A DNA stretch of 64,000 bases, taken from positions 96,001 through 160,000 of the forward strand of contig OY759316.1 in NCBI GenBank assembly GCA_963662275.1. The letters run 5' to 3'. The notes under the pieces are model-generated. The model made no database searches and was not told where the DNA came from. It saw only the letters and a list, made by a program, of their open reading frames with translations. How positions within the stretch are numbered: position 1 is the first letter of the stretch; each line of letters begins with the position of its first letter. This document shows, piece by piece, positions 1 through 10,930 of the stretch. The translations under genes were made by a program, and so were the position numbers. This DNA is from Candidatus Cloacimonadales bacterium (GTDB lineage: Bacteria > Cloacimonadota > Cloacimonadia > Cloacimonadales > DAONDQ01).

Positions 1-2580
1 TGCCCCAGTTAGCAGTGAAGCCTGATGTTGTAATAGAAGTACCAGCAGTTGCCACAGGAGCAGCGGGTGGAGTTGGAATGACTTCACCGGACGTTACTTC
101 GACATCGTCGAAATACAAACTTCCACCACTACGTACAGTCATATACCAACGGAGGTAGTAGCTACCTGTCAGATTCAGGGCGACAGTTTTCTGCGTATAT
201 GTACTGGTTATCGTTCCTGCATCAGTTGGAGTAGCCACATATGTGGTAATGTTTGACCAGCTAGCAGAATCTGCAGTGGTAGCTTGAATTGTAATTGTAT
301 AGTTTGCACTGGCAGCGGAAGTCCGTCCCCAGAATGTCAGTTGAGTAGGATTGGTTAATAATGGAGTCCTCACCCAGCCATTGACTTTATTGGTACCGGC
401 ATAATTGGTTCCGGCATGAGCATTTCCTGAAGTGCTTTGAATATATGCACCTGCAGCAGAGATTGCCCAACCTGTAGGAGGCGTCGTAGCACCTTCAAAG
501 CCAGCGGTTAGGATGACTGTGCCGGAGCTACCTGTCGTAATCGCTGTAATTACATTAGAATCGAGACTTGTTCCAGCAGCATTTACTGCACGGACCCGAT
601 AATAATATGTCGTGGAAGCAGTTAATCCACTAACAGCTTGAGTAAGTCCACTTACTGTTAAATTCTGGTAGCCTGTCACATAAGAAGCAAAGACATCAGA
701 CGTGGAAACATCCAAACGATAGCTTGTGGCAGTTGCAGAGGCATTCCAGTTGGCAGTGAAACCAGTCGTTGCAAGATCTGTAGCAGTAGTTGCAACTGGA
801 GCTGCTGGTGCTACAGGAGCCGTTTCAGTAAGTGCAGAAATCACATTTGAATTCGCACTAGTACCATCTGCATTCACAGCACGCACACGATAATAATAAG
901 TTGTGGCAGCAGTCAAACCACTAACGGCTTGAGTAAGACCACTTACTGTCAAATCAGAATAACCTGTTACATAAGAAGCAAATACATCGGAAGTGGAGAC
1001 GTCCAGACGATAGCTTGTTGCTGTCGCAGATGCATTCCAGTTGGCAGTGAAGCCTGATGTTGTAATAGAAGTACCAGCAGTTGCTACAGGAGCTGCGGGA
1101 GGAGTTGGTGTGACGGCACCGGAAGTAACTTCCACATCGTCGAAATACAAACTTCCACCACTGCGTACAGTCATATACCAACGGAGGTAGTAGCTACCTG
1201 TCAGATTCAAAGCGACAGTTTTCTGGGTATATGTACTGGTTACCGTTCCAGCATCTGTTGGAGTAGCTACAAATGTCGTGATATTTGACCAGCTAGCAGA
1301 ATCTGCAGTGGCTGCCTGAATTGTAATTGTATAGTTTGCACTTGCTGCGGAAGTTCGTCCCCAGAATGTCAGTTGAGTAGGATTGGTTAATAATGGAGTC
1401 CTCACCCAGCCATTGACTTTATTGGTACCGGCATAATTGGTTCCGGCATGTGCATTTGTTGAATTGCTTTGAATATATGCACCTGCAGCAGAGATTGCCC
1501 AACCTGTAGGAGGCGTAGTAGCACCTTCAAAGCCAGCGGTTAGGATGACTGTGCCGGAGCTACCTGTCGTAATCGCTGTAATTACATTAGAATCGAGACT
1601 TGTTCCAGCAGCATTTACTGCACGAGCACGATAATAATATGTCGTGGAAGCAGTTAATCCACTAACAGCCTGAGTAAGTCCACTTACTGTTAAATTTTGG
1701 TAACCTGTCACATAAGAAGCAAATACATCGGAAGTAGAAACATCCAAACGATAGCTTGTGGCAGTTGCAGAGGCATTCCAGTTGGCAGTGAAACCAGTCG
1801 TTGCAAGATCTGTAGCAGTAGTTGCAACTGGAGCTGCTGGAGCAACAGGAGCCGTTTCAGTAAGTGCAGAAATCACATTTGAATTCGCACTAGTACCATC
1901 TGCATTCACAGCACGCACACGATAATAATAAGTTGTGGCAGCAGTCAAACCACTAACGGCTTGAGTAAGACCACTTACTGTCAAATCAGAATAACCTGTT
2001 ACATAAGAAGCAAATACATCGGAAGTGGAGACGTCCAGACGATAGCTTGTTGCTGTCGCAGATGCATTCCAGTTGGCAGTGAAGCCTGATGTTGTAATAG
2101 AAGTACCAGCAGTTGCTACAGGAGCTGCGGGAGGAGTTGGTGTGACGGCACCGGAAGTAACTTCCACATCGTCGAAATACAAACTTCCACCACTGCGTAC
2201 AGTCATATACCAACGGAGGTAGTAGCTACCTGTCAGATTCAAAGCGACAGTTTTCTGGGTATATGTACTGGTTACCGTTCCAGCATCTGTTGGAGTAGCT
2301 ACAAATGTCGTGATATTTGACCAGCTAGCAGAATCTGCAGTGGCTGCCTGAATTGTAATTGTATAGTTTGCACTTGCTGCGGAAGTTCGTCCCCAGAATG
2401 TCAGTTGAGTAGGATTGGTTAATAATGGAGTCCTCACCCAGCCATTGACTTTATTGGTACCGGCATAATTGGTTCCGGCATGTGCATTTGTTGAATTGCT
2501 TTGAATATATGCACCTGCAGCAGAGATTGCCCAACCTGTAGGAGGCGTAGTAGCACCTTCAAAGCCAGCGGTTAAGATAA
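1..2580. repeat. Intragenic tandem repeat, 1032-bp (344-aa) unit, about 2.5 copies visible
   Basis: 1-1548 aligns with 1033-2580. Identical shadow ORFs at 954-1181 and 1986-2213 are offset by 1032. Each unit is one beta-sandwich module plus two FN3 domains. Confidence 0.93.
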
Positions 2581-4969
2581 CTGTGCCTGTTCCTGTACCT
2601 GTTGTCAGAGTTGTGATTGTGCTGGAACTGGTACCTCCGGTTTCATTATAGAAAGAGCGAACTCTGTAGTAATATGTGGTTCCAGCAGATAGTCCAGTCA
2701 GGGCAACACTGGTTCCAGTAACTTGCAGGGCATCATAACCAGTCACAAATGTTGAGAAGTCACTACTCGTAGATAAATCAAATTCATAGGTAGTGATTCC
2801 TGACGCTGCTGACCAATTGGCTGTAAAACCTGTATCTGAGATAGAGGTAGCGGCTGATGCAGTGACATTCGGTATATCATTATCCAGGATAGTTAAATTA
2901 TACGAATCGTATGCACCAGCAGTAGCGCTGGTTCCGCCACTTATACTGGCAAGTGAGAAAACGAGAGTTTCATCGCCTTCTAATACAGCATCATCGGTAA
3001 CAGTCACGGTGATTGTCTGATTTGCAGAGCTTCCTGCCGGGAAAGTTATCGTTTGAGTTGTATAACTATTTACATCAGAAGCAGTGCCATCAGTTAATTG
3101 AATCTGGGCAGTTGTCGCCGTTGTTGCACTTGGATTCAAGATACCGACGGTTAATGTTACCGTACCTGCATTTTCATTTACAGAAGCACTTGCAGGACTG
3201 AATTGAATTGTAGTATTGGCAGTGGAACCACCCCAGATGGATGTTACATATTCTGGATGATCAACAAATGGATTACGATTTCCTAGAAAAGAATAAATAC
3301 TTGCATTACGTGCCAATTCCTTGGCATCTACAGGGTCTGAACTATTCCAGGTAATCATTGTGGGAAGCATATCCACACTGCTGATGCTAAGACTCATGTT
3401 ATAGCGAACAGAAAAATAAAGCAGAGCACGGGCTAAATCACCTTTTTGCTGGTCTGCCGGTTCAAAGACGATTTTACCTGAAGCATTGGTTCCCTTTTTA
3501 CTGACATAACCGTTATAGGAAGGGAATGTATTGCTTACAGTAGTAACGACGTCGAAAGGATAGTTTCCGCGAGTTGAATTCACAGTTGAATTCGTGGGGA
3601 AAAGATGATGTATGTCAGCTTTTTTCTTTGAAGCATCTGTAGTACCAAACCAGCTCTGGGCAAATGTATGCTCTGTATTTGGATTAGATGCTCCATCATA
3701 ACTTGAGCTAATTGTGTAGTCCTGTCCTGTGTAAACACAACGCACCACACCGGCAACATTATCCGCAGTTTGGAACATATAGAGTTTTGCTCCATCATAA
3801 TTGGAGTATGTGTTGGTGGCAATCAGGTTATGAAGCCCAGTTTTCAGCGCATCTCCTGTGAGACCGGTAACGGGATCATAGTAACCGCTATAAGGGTCTG
3901 AAGCAGATGTAGTAACTGTAATTGTACCAGAATTTCCACTTGTTCCAGCAGTATTGTATGCACGTACACGATAATAGTAGTTTGTGCTGACAGCTAAGCC
4001 AGTAACAGCTTGATAAAGTCCTGTTACTGTCAAATTATTATAACCTGTTACAAAAGTGGTAAATGTATTGGAAGTAGAAACATCCAAACGATAGGATGTT
4101 GCGCCTGAAACAGTAGTCCAATTGGCAGTAAAGCCCGAAGAAGTGATGCTGGTTGCAGCAGTGGCAGTAGGAGCATCAGGAATAACGACACCGCTTGAAG
4201 TAACAGCTGTAATAATACTTGAATTACTACTCGTACCATATGTATTATTAGCACGTACACGATAATAGTAGGTTGTTGCAGCAGTTAAGCCACTCACAGC
4301 TTGAGTAAGACCGCTGACAGTCAAATCATTGTACCCGGTAACAAAGGTGCCAAATGTATTGGACGTAGATACGTCCAAACGATAGCTGGTAGCTCCAGAA
4401 GAAGCATCCCAATTCGCTGTAAAACCAGTTGATGTAAGTGACGTTGCACTCGTAGCATTCGGAGCATCTGGAGCTGTACCAGAAGCATAATCAGTGATAA
4501 TGATGTCATGAACATAGACCGCTGCACTTGGAGTAGATAAGCGAATTCTGGCTGCTGAAGTTGTGTTCAGATTATATGTGAAAGTTGTACCAGTAGTACC
4601 GATTGTAAATGTTGTCAAATCAGTCCAGGTGCTGCCAACGTATTGTTGAAGTTTTAAGGTTCTTCCGGCACCACCTGCGTGGATACGAAATTCTATCGTT
4701 CCGATGGATGCAAGTGAGGGTATTTCCAGAATTCCATTGGTTGCCTGCATTTGTACATAACCAACGGAACCAGTACCGTTTGCCGCACCAGTAGGTGCAA
4801 CAATGCAAGCCGTCATACTCACGGTACCAGCAGTAATTGTCTGTGTGTAGGCACCATAGGATGCGTGGGATGTCCACGTGGAAATATTCTCATTCACCAG
4901 GTTTGCTGCTGATAAAGCACCAATACTGAGTGTGAGAATCAGTGTTATGAATAACACAATATTTTTCAT
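1..4969 (-). CDS. Large secreted endonuclease I (His-Me finger) family protein with multiple FN3 repeats, a Calx-beta domain and repeated beta-sandwich modules; 3' end runs off the window
   Basis: Not in the ORF track (no stop inside the window); translated by hand. ATG at 4969 follows an AGGAG RBS and gives signal peptide MKNIVLFITLILTLSIGALSA. Nuclease motifs NTEHTFAQSW, DIHHLFPT..VNSTRGNYPF, GDLARALLYF, NRNPFVDHPE. FN3 motifs GFTANW..SYRLDVS..TYYYRVRA. Calx-beta motif TDDAVLEGDETL. Confidence 0.88.
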   Translation of the reverse strand, partial: MKNIVLFITLILTLSIGALSAANLVNENISTWTSHASYGAYTQTITAGTVSMTACIVAPTGAANGTGSVGYVQMQATNGILEIPSLASIGTIEFRIHAGGAGRTLKLQQYVGSTWTDLTTFTIGTTGTTFTYNLNTTSAARIRLSTPSAAVYVHDIIITDYASGTAPDAPNATSATSLTSTGFTANWDASSGATSYRLDVSTSNTFGTFVTGYNDLTVSGLTQAVSGLTAATTYYYRVRANNTYGTSSNSSIITAVTSSGVVIPDAPTATAATSITSSGFTANWTTVSGATSYRLDVSTSNTFTTFVTGYNNLTVTGLYQAVTGLAVSTNYYYRVRAYNTAGTSGNSGTITVTTSASDPYSGYYDPVTGLTGDALKTGLHNLIATNTYSNYDGAKLYMFQTADNVAGVVRCVYTGQDYTISSSYDGASNPNTEHTFAQSWFGTTDASKKKADIHHLFPTNSTVNSTRGNYPFDVVTTVSNTFPSYNGYVSKKGTNASGKIVFEPADQQKGDLARALLYFSVRYNMSLSISSVDMLPTMITWNSSDPVDAKELARNASIYSFLGNRNPFVDHPEYVTSIWGGSTANTTIQFSPASASVNENAGTVTLTVGILNPSATTATTAQIQLTDGTASDVNSYTTQTITFPAGSSANQTITVTVTDDAVLEGDETLVFSLASISGGTSATAGAYDSYNLTILDNDIPNVTASAATSISDTGFTANWSAASGITTYEFDLSTSSDFSTFVTGYDALQVTGTSVALTGLSAGTTYYYRVRSFYNETGGTSSSTITTLTTGTGTGTVILTAGFEGATTPPTGWAISAAGAYIQSNSTNAHAGTNYAGTNKVNGWVRTPLLTNPTQLTFWGRTSAASANYTITIQAATADSASWSNITTFVATPTDAGTVTSTYTQKTVALNLTGSYYLRWYMTVRSGGSLYFDDVEVTSGAVTPTPPAAPVATAGTSITTSGFTANWNASATATSYRLDVSTSDVFASYVTGYSDLTVSGLTQAVSGLTAATTYYYRVRAVNADGTSANSNVISALTETAPVAPAAPVATTATDLATTGFTANWNASATATSYRLDVSTSDVFASYVTGYQNLTVSGLTQAVSGLTASTTYYYRARAVNAAGTSLDSNVITAITTGSSGTVILTAGFEGATTPPTGWAISAAGAYIQSNSTNAHAGTNYAGTNKVNGWVRTPLLTNPTQLTFWGRTSAASANYTITIQAATADSASWSNITTFVATPTDAGTVTSTYTQKTVALNLTGSYYLRWYMTVRSGGSLYFDDVEVTSGAVTPTPPAAPVATAGTSITTSGFTANWNASATATSYRLDVSTSDVFASYVTGYSDLTVSGLTQAVSGLTAATTYYYRVRAVNADGTSANSNVISALTETAPVAPAAPVATTATDLATTGFTANWNASATATSYRLDVSTSDVFASYVTGYQNLTVSGLTQAVSGLTASTTYYYRVRAVNAAGTSLDSNVITAITTGSSGTVILTAGFEGATTPPTGWAISAAGAYIQSTSGNAHAGTNYAGTNKVNGWVRTPLLTNPTQLTFWGRTSAASANYTITIQATTADSASWSNITTYVATPTDAGTITSTYTQKTVALNLTGSYYLRWYMTVRSGGSLYFDDVEVTSGEVIPTPPAAPVATAGTSITTSGFTANWG

Positions 4970-5162
4970 ACAAATCTCCTTGTTCGATTTAATACTAAGC
5001 CTGATAAGCGTATGTTTTGTTGTATCTATTGACTCTTTGCCTTTCATTTCATTTCTTTTGCTGATTAATAAACAAAAACTTTGACCAAGTAAACATATAC
5101 AAAATATTCAGGTTAAAGTGGGTAAACGATTAAAATTATAGAAAGTCTGTCAATGGATATCC

Positions 5163-5198
5163 AAAAAAAATACAGAAATAAGGCTATTTCTGTATTTT
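5163..5198 (-). terminator. Probable intrinsic terminator after the 5280-7145 gene
   Basis: Perfect 14-bp stem aaaatacagaaata / tatttctgtatttt with a 4-nt loop, followed by a T-run on the minus strand. Confidence 0.6.
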
Positions 5199-5279
5199 GC
5201 ATCAGAGATTTGTCATTATTTGAAAAACAGGAAGTAAATCATCAATGCCAAAATCAAGTCAAATTGAAGAATTAGAAAG

Positions 5280-7145
5280 TTATTTCATTAAAACGACTTT
5301 CTGTGTAGAACTATACTTCCCGGCAATCATGTGATAGAAATAGACACCACTGCCAGCTTCCTTTCCAGTTTCATCTTTACCATTCCAAATAAGATTATGG
5401 CTCCCTTCATTCCAATTTTTGGAAGTGAGTGTTTGTATTTTACGCCCTTTGATATCATAAATAGCGATATTCACAAAACACGGAGTTTTCAAAGTAAATG
5501 AGATATTGGTTTCTGGATTGAATGGATTCGGGTAAGCTGGATTTAGCTTAGTAAACATAGGTATTACAGGTGGAATATTTGGATTATCCTGTTCATGAAC
5601 TTGTATCATTACTGGTCCAGTGAAAGAGCTTATACCACCGAAATCGATATTCTCCAGCCAGTAATAGTAAGTATGAGGCGCTTCAACGCTGGGATCAGAG
5701 AAAGTATATGTGTGTAGTGTTGATGTATTTGTTCCAGGGATAATACTAGAATTTACGTACATACCATCTGATATATTCGATCCATCAGTACGAAGAATAT
5801 TGAATCCCAGGTTGTTCGTCTCAGATTCAGTCGTCCATTGCAAGTTTACCAGTAATTGGGAAGTGGAAGATACTGCCGTGAAGGACGAAAGCTCAACGGG
5901 CAGTTCACTTGAGACATCATTTAATGTTCCCAAGGTATAGAAGCCATTATTAGTCACCGAAGTAAGAGGATTAACAGTGAAGGAAATCACTCTGCCAACG
6001 ATAGTGGGAGAACCTGTCACAATTGAATAATTGTCTTTTGTGTCATTTCTGAATAACAGACGGTAATCACTGCCACCAGGCGTGAATGAAGGCAGTCCCA
6101 AGTTATCAAGATTAAAGCTGAAAATGGTATTCAAAGATCCAGAAAATTCCATAAACCACTCTCGATGCAATCTAAGAAAGTGGGGATAACTTACTATGCT
6201 CGGATTGCTTGCAGCCGTTGTTCCTGTTCCTATATCATGTCCTGCACGAATTCTGGCAAAAGCACTGATGTAAGTACCTTTAATCGTTAAGCCATCGGTT
6301 GCTTGTGTTACTGAACCAGCACCTGGCAAAGAGATTTCAATCATATCAGTGTAATGCTCTGGGCTGGTTGTATTAGCTAACGTCAACGCATATTTAGTTG
6401 AAAGATAATTCTCAACCGTTTTGCGTTCGGTATCGGATAAATAGCGATTATAAATAATGAATTCCGTTACCCAGCCGTTGAAATGAGAGTGAGTGGTTGT
6501 ACCACCATAATACTTCCCAATCGCTGATCCAGTCCATTCTGCCAAATGAGCAAGCCTGCCGGAAGTAGCAGTATTCATATTTAATCCACGTAATCCACCG
6601 TTGATATATGTATCATTCCCGAGAGTATTGGAATGTCTGAGTGATACGATAATAGGTGCTTCTCCACTGACATAGTTATTCATTCTCATGTCATAGTCAT
6701 TTGTGTATTGAGCATGGGTGAACGTATTATTTGTACGCCAGCCAATATGCATATTCTTTTGCTGAATCGGGTTTGAACCGCCTAAAAAAAAGTTAAAGAT
6801 AGCATTTGAAGAACGTTTCACAACTGCAATGATAGTGTAATTGGTATTTACTACAAGATTGCCATCAAAGTTTAGATAGCTTGTTGAACCATTGAAAACA
6901 ACAGCAGGCTTACCACTGATGAGGTTTGTTTTATATATAGGTCTACACGACAAAGTATCTTGGAGAGCATGTTTGGCATTTCCACTTAGATCAGTCCAAC
7001 TGCTAACTGCTGTCCCATCTGCTAAACCTAGTGAATTAGCATCCAGCCACATTGTTAAACCGCTACTGACATTACCAGGTCCGACAGCAAATAATGCTGA
7101 GAGGTTGAAAGCAATCAGGATAAGTATTAGATTTTTTTTCTTCAA
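5280..7145 (-). CDS. Secreted LamG/concanavalin-like domain protein with FlgD-Ig (T9SS-CTD-like) C-terminal domain
   Basis: Signal peptide; GLTMWLDA..VSSWTDLSGN..FNGWVTEFIIYNRYLS motifs; ELPVELSSF linker; C-terminal AYPNPFNPET..IYDIKGRKI..WNGKD..SGVYFY. Confidence 0.8.
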   Translation of the reverse strand: MKKKNLILILIAFNLSALFAVGPGNVSSGLTMWLDANSLGLADGTAVSSWTDLSGNAKHALQDTLSCRPIYKTNLISGKPAVVFNGSTSYLNFDGNLVVNTNYTIIAVVKRSSNAIFNFFLGGSNPIQQKNMHIGWRTNNTFTHAQYTNDYDMRMNNYVSGEAPIIVSLRHSNTLGNDTYINGGLRGLNMNTATSGRLAHLAEWTGSAIGKYYGGTTTHSHFNGWVTEFIIYNRYLSDTERKTVENYLSTKYALTLANTTSPEHYTDMIEISLPGAGSVTQATDGLTIKGTYISAFARIRAGHDIGTGTTAASNPSIVSYPHFLRLHREWFMEFSGSLNTIFSFNLDNLGLPSFTPGGSDYRLLFRNDTKDNYSIVTGSPTIVGRVISFTVNPLTSVTNNGFYTLGTLNDVSSELPVELSSFTAVSSTSQLLVNLQWTTESETNNLGFNILRTDGSNISDGMYVNSSIIPGTNTSTLHTYTFSDPSVEAPHTYYYWLENIDFGGISSFTGPVMIQVHEQDNPNIPPVIPMFTKLNPAYPNPFNPETNISFTLKTPCFVNIAIYDIKGRKIQTLTSKNWNEGSHNLIWNGKDETGKEAGSGVYFYHMIAGKYSSTQKVVLMK

Positions 7146-7414
7146 TATATCTGACTCCAGTATTAAACATTAATAATTTCATAGAGGAAAGTTAATTAAT
7201 TCACAGCTTTCGCTCATAAATGTTTTCCATATATCTTATTTAGATTCACGAACTTTTTTGGTTACATATATGTCAAGGACAAAGTACTATATTTACCTGT
7301 AAAACAAAAATACGGAACTGCATGACCCAATGTACAATACAAATAAGGTACTAATACCTATTATATTCAAAATTGTTATTATACACAAATCCCATTCTGC
7401 GAATTATCGACTCA

Positions 7415-10400
7415 TTATTTTGTCTCAGAAATTGCAATTACATGATAGAATTTCATCATTTCAGATAATGTAGTTGTCCAAGTAAAAGACCCTTCAGTTT
7501 CATTAAAAATGCCATCGGAACTGACGTCACTATATGTCCCATTCGGCATATCCGCCGCTTCCACTCGATATGTTACAGGAGTTTGGGGAATTGCATGCCA
7601 TGATAGCACAATAGAATCTGAATCTATCGTAATTTGCATTTCCGGTGTTTGTATATTTTGGTTTGAACCAATATGAGAGCCAAGATAGGTTGCTGTATCA
7701 ATAGGATAGACAACCCATTCAGAATTAGCTGTATTTGTACCTGCAGAAACAGACCAGTTAGTATCTCCAAAATTTATTGTAGAATGCCGTATGAGTGTAT
7801 GATCTTTTGTTGCAGCTAAGGTTCCAGCAACATTCCAGTCTGTTGATGGATCAGAACCCGGTACACCAATAACATCGATTAGTGCTCCGTTCTTCTCTAA
7901 TCCAACAGCATCATTACCATTATAGATAAGTGCAGAACTAGCTAGATTTGTTTTAGCAAGAATATCAGCATTTGCTGATGAATTGGAAATAACATAAGTT
8001 GAATTTGAAGCAAGAGTTCCACTTAAAGCTATTGATGAAGTATTCCAGGCACTTCCATTCATCGCTTGTTTGATTGAATATATCGATAGATCAATCGTCG
8101 ATGTTGTTGGATTATAAAGCTCTATTGCCTTGTTATTGCTGCTTCCTTCCAAATACTCAGATATGAACAGATCACTTGCACTCGAGAGTACAGGAGTCTG
8201 TACTATTATCACATTGGAATTGAGACTCGCACCAGCTACATTCACTGCACGAACACGATAATAGTAGGTTGTATTAGGTGTCAATCCCGTCACCGCTTGT
8301 GTAAGACTAGATACTGTCAAATCCTGGTATCCGGACAAATAGCTGTCAAATAGATTAGACAGCGAAACATCAAAACGATAGGAAAGAGCTGTTGATACAG
8401 AATTCCACTTAGCGGTAAAATTATAGCTGGATAGATCAGCATATACAATCGCAACCGGTGCCACCGGTAATGACAATGTTGTAGAAGTGATAACATTTGA
8501 ACTGGTTCCGCTTGTTTCATTGAAGAATGCATTGACTCGATAATAATAAGTCACACCAGGAGTTAATCCATTCAATACGAGACCTGTACTATCAACTTGC
8601 AAGGCTTCATAACCTGTTATATAGGTTGAAAAGTCATTACTTGCTGATAAATCGAATTCATAGACTGTTATTCCTGAAGCTGCTTGCCAGTTTGCAGTAA
8701 AGCCGGTTGTTGAGATATTTGTAGCTGTTAGTGCGGTCACTGTTGGAATATCGTTGTCAATAATGGTCAGGTTGTAAGAATTATTAGTACCAGCCATGGC
8801 ACTTGTGCCACCTGTGATACTGCTGAGAGTAAATACAAGCGTTTCATTTCCTTCAATGACAGCATCATCAGTCACATTCGCTGTGATTGTTCTACTAGCT
8901 GAACTACCAGCGGGAAATGTCACGGTTTGTGTTGTATAATTATTAACATCTGAGGCAAGACCATCTGTCAAAACAATTTGGGCACTTGTAGCAGCGGATG
9001 CACTTGGATTTTCGATAGTAACGGTTAATGTTACAGCACCCGTGTTTTCATTGACAGTAGAACTTGCAGGATTGAATTGAATAATTGTATTCGTGACTGT
9101 ACCTCCCCATATGGAGGATACATATTCCGGGTGATCTACAAATGGATTGCGATTATGCATAAAAGTATAAATACTTGCATTTCGATTTGTTTCTTTAGTA
9201 TCCGGCGGATCAAAGCTATTCCAGGCTATCATTGTAGGAAGCATATCTACACCACTTATACTTAGACTCATACTGTAACGAACAGAAAAATACAGGAGTG
9301 CCCTTGCAAGATCACCCTTATGCTGATCGGCTGGTTCAAAAACTGTCTGTCCACCTGCATTTCTACCCAATTTACTCACATATCCATTGTAGGAAGCAAA
9401 AGTATTCGTCACGGTTGTTACTACATCGAAAGGATAATTTCCTCTTGTGGAATTGACAGTGGCATCAGTGGGGAATAGATGATGAATATCGGCTTTCTTG
9501 ATACTTGCATCCGTGGTTCCAAACCAGCTTTGGGCAAAAGTATGTTCCGTGTTGGGATTGGTTGCACCATCATACGAGGAATTAATCGTAAAGTCCTGCC
9601 CTGTATAAACACAACGGACAGTACCACTAACATTATCGGCGGTCTGATACAGGTACAGTTTAGATCCGCTGTAATCATTATTTGTATTGCTATCAATCAG
9701 GTTGTGAAGTCCATCCTTTAGCGCCGTACCTGTTAATCCGGCAACTGGGTCATAATAACCACTATACGGATCCGAAGCAGAGGTTGTTACAGTAATTGTG
9801 CCTGAATTACTGCTTGTTCCACTTGTGTTCACGGCTCGGACTCGATAGTAATAATTTGTGGAAACACTCAGTCCGGAAACTGATTGGTTAGTGGAAGTCA
9901 CAGTCAGATCGTTGTAACCTGCTACATAACTAGAGAATGAGATATTGGGTGAAACATCGAGTCTGTAGGAATTCGCTCCTGAAACAGCACTCCAGTTAGC
10001 TACACAGCTTGTGCCTGTGATAGAGCTTGCAGCTAGTGCTGTGGGTGGGGAAGGCGGAGCACCTCCACTGGTCGTGAAATCGATTTCTGCACCATAAGCT
10101 GTATCAACACTGTTGGTTGCATAAGCCCTAACATGGTAAGTAGTTCCTAACGTTAGTCCGGTGATTTCACTTGTGAAAGAACCGGAACCTGATCCGTCAC
10201 TTGTATGACTGCCTGAAAGAATTGGTGTACCGGTTGTATTCCAGCAAACACCTCTTGCAGATACAGCAGCTCCTCCATCAGAAGTAATACTCCCTCCTGA
10301 GGAAGCCGAGATATTGGTAATAGCTGTAATGGCAACTGTCGAAAGAGTTGGGGGTGTAATAGCACCATCTGTCTGGGTAAGGAGGAAATTATCTAAATAA

Positions 10401-10897
10401 AATCGATTATTAGCAGCTACTTTTGCTGTTATCTTAATTTTTGAAGAAGCTGTTCCACCAGTAATATTCACTGTCATGGTCGTCAAGGTTGTCGGGACAG
10501 CAATATCGCTTCCCACCTGCGTAAATGTTGTACCCGTTGGTGCAAAAAGTACTTGGATATATTTACCGGTATCAGAAGCCCAACACATGGTATCAAATTG
10601 AAGTGTTGCAACTCCTGAATTGGCAGAGAGATTTACGGTCTTAGTTACTACATATCCTAAAGCGCTTGAAGAGCCTATCTTTGCTTCACCGACAGTCTCA
10701 ACATAGATCTTCGAACCTGTCCAACCTGTTGTTTGGAATTTGGCATCCATTGTTGTTTGAGATGTTGAAATATCTGTTCCTGCATTTGCAGGAGTAAACC
10801 CACTAAAATTTTCACTTAATACAGTTGTTATACCTACTAATTGAATGGATAATAGCAATAGGAATAACAAGCTTCCACATGTCTTCATTAGTTTCAT
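7415..10897 (-). CDS. Secreted endonuclease I family protein with FN3 repeats, Calx-beta and lamin-tail domain (paralogue of the 1-4969 gene)
   Basis: Signal peptide; NTEHTFAQSW and DIHHLFPT..NSTRGNYPF motifs; lamin-tail motif DLFISEYLEGSSNNKAIELYN; GGAG RBS. Confidence 0.88.
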   Translation of the reverse strand: MKLMKTCGSLLFLLLLSIQLVGITTVLSENFSGFTPANAGTDISTSQTTMDAKFQTTGWTGSKIYVETVGEAKIGSSSALGYVVTKTVNLSANSGVATLQFDTMCWASDTGKYIQVLFAPTGTTFTQVGSDIAVPTTLTTMTVNITGGTASSKIKITAKVAANNRFYLDNFLLTQTDGAITPPTLSTVAITAITNISASSGGSITSDGGAAVSARGVCWNTTGTPILSGSHTSDGSGSGSFTSEITGLTLGTTYHVRAYATNSVDTAYGAEIDFTTSGGAPPSPPTALAASSITGTSCVANWSAVSGANSYRLDVSPNISFSSYVAGYNDLTVTSTNQSVSGLSVSTNYYYRVRAVNTSGTSSNSGTITVTTSASDPYSGYYDPVAGLTGTALKDGLHNLIDSNTNNDYSGSKLYLYQTADNVSGTVRCVYTGQDFTINSSYDGATNPNTEHTFAQSWFGTTDASIKKADIHHLFPTDATVNSTRGNYPFDVVTTVTNTFASYNGYVSKLGRNAGGQTVFEPADQHKGDLARALLYFSVRYSMSLSISGVDMLPTMIAWNSFDPPDTKETNRNASIYTFMHNRNPFVDHPEYVSSIWGGTVTNTIIQFNPASSTVNENTGAVTLTVTIENPSASAATSAQIVLTDGLASDVNNYTTQTVTFPAGSSASRTITANVTDDAVIEGNETLVFTLSSITGGTSAMAGTNNSYNLTIIDNDIPTVTALTATNISTTGFTANWQAASGITVYEFDLSASNDFSTYITGYEALQVDSTGLVLNGLTPGVTYYYRVNAFFNETSGTSSNVITSTTLSLPVAPVAIVYADLSSYNFTAKWNSVSTALSYRFDVSLSNLFDSYLSGYQDLTVSSLTQAVTGLTPNTTYYYRVRAVNVAGASLNSNVIIVQTPVLSSASDLFISEYLEGSSNNKAIELYNPTTSTIDLSIYSIKQAMNGSAWNTSSIALSGTLASNSTYVISNSSANADILAKTNLASSALIYNGNDAVGLEKNGALIDVIGVPGSDPSTDWNVAGTLAATKDHTLIRHSTINFGDTNWSVSAGTNTANSEWVVYPIDTATYLGSHIGSNQNIQTPEMQITIDSDSIVLSWHAIPQTPVTYRVEAADMPNGTYSDVSSDGIFNETEGSFTWTTTLSEMMKFYHVIAISETK

Positions 10898-10930
10898 TTT
10901 CTGCTCCTATATAACCGGATATTCCGGTTT

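Noticed and set aside
954..4877. Short ORFs in the track within the first gene, including the two identical 75-aa ORFs
   Set aside because: Alternative-frame or antisense shadows of the large 1-4969 CDS; their identity reflects the 1032-bp repeat.
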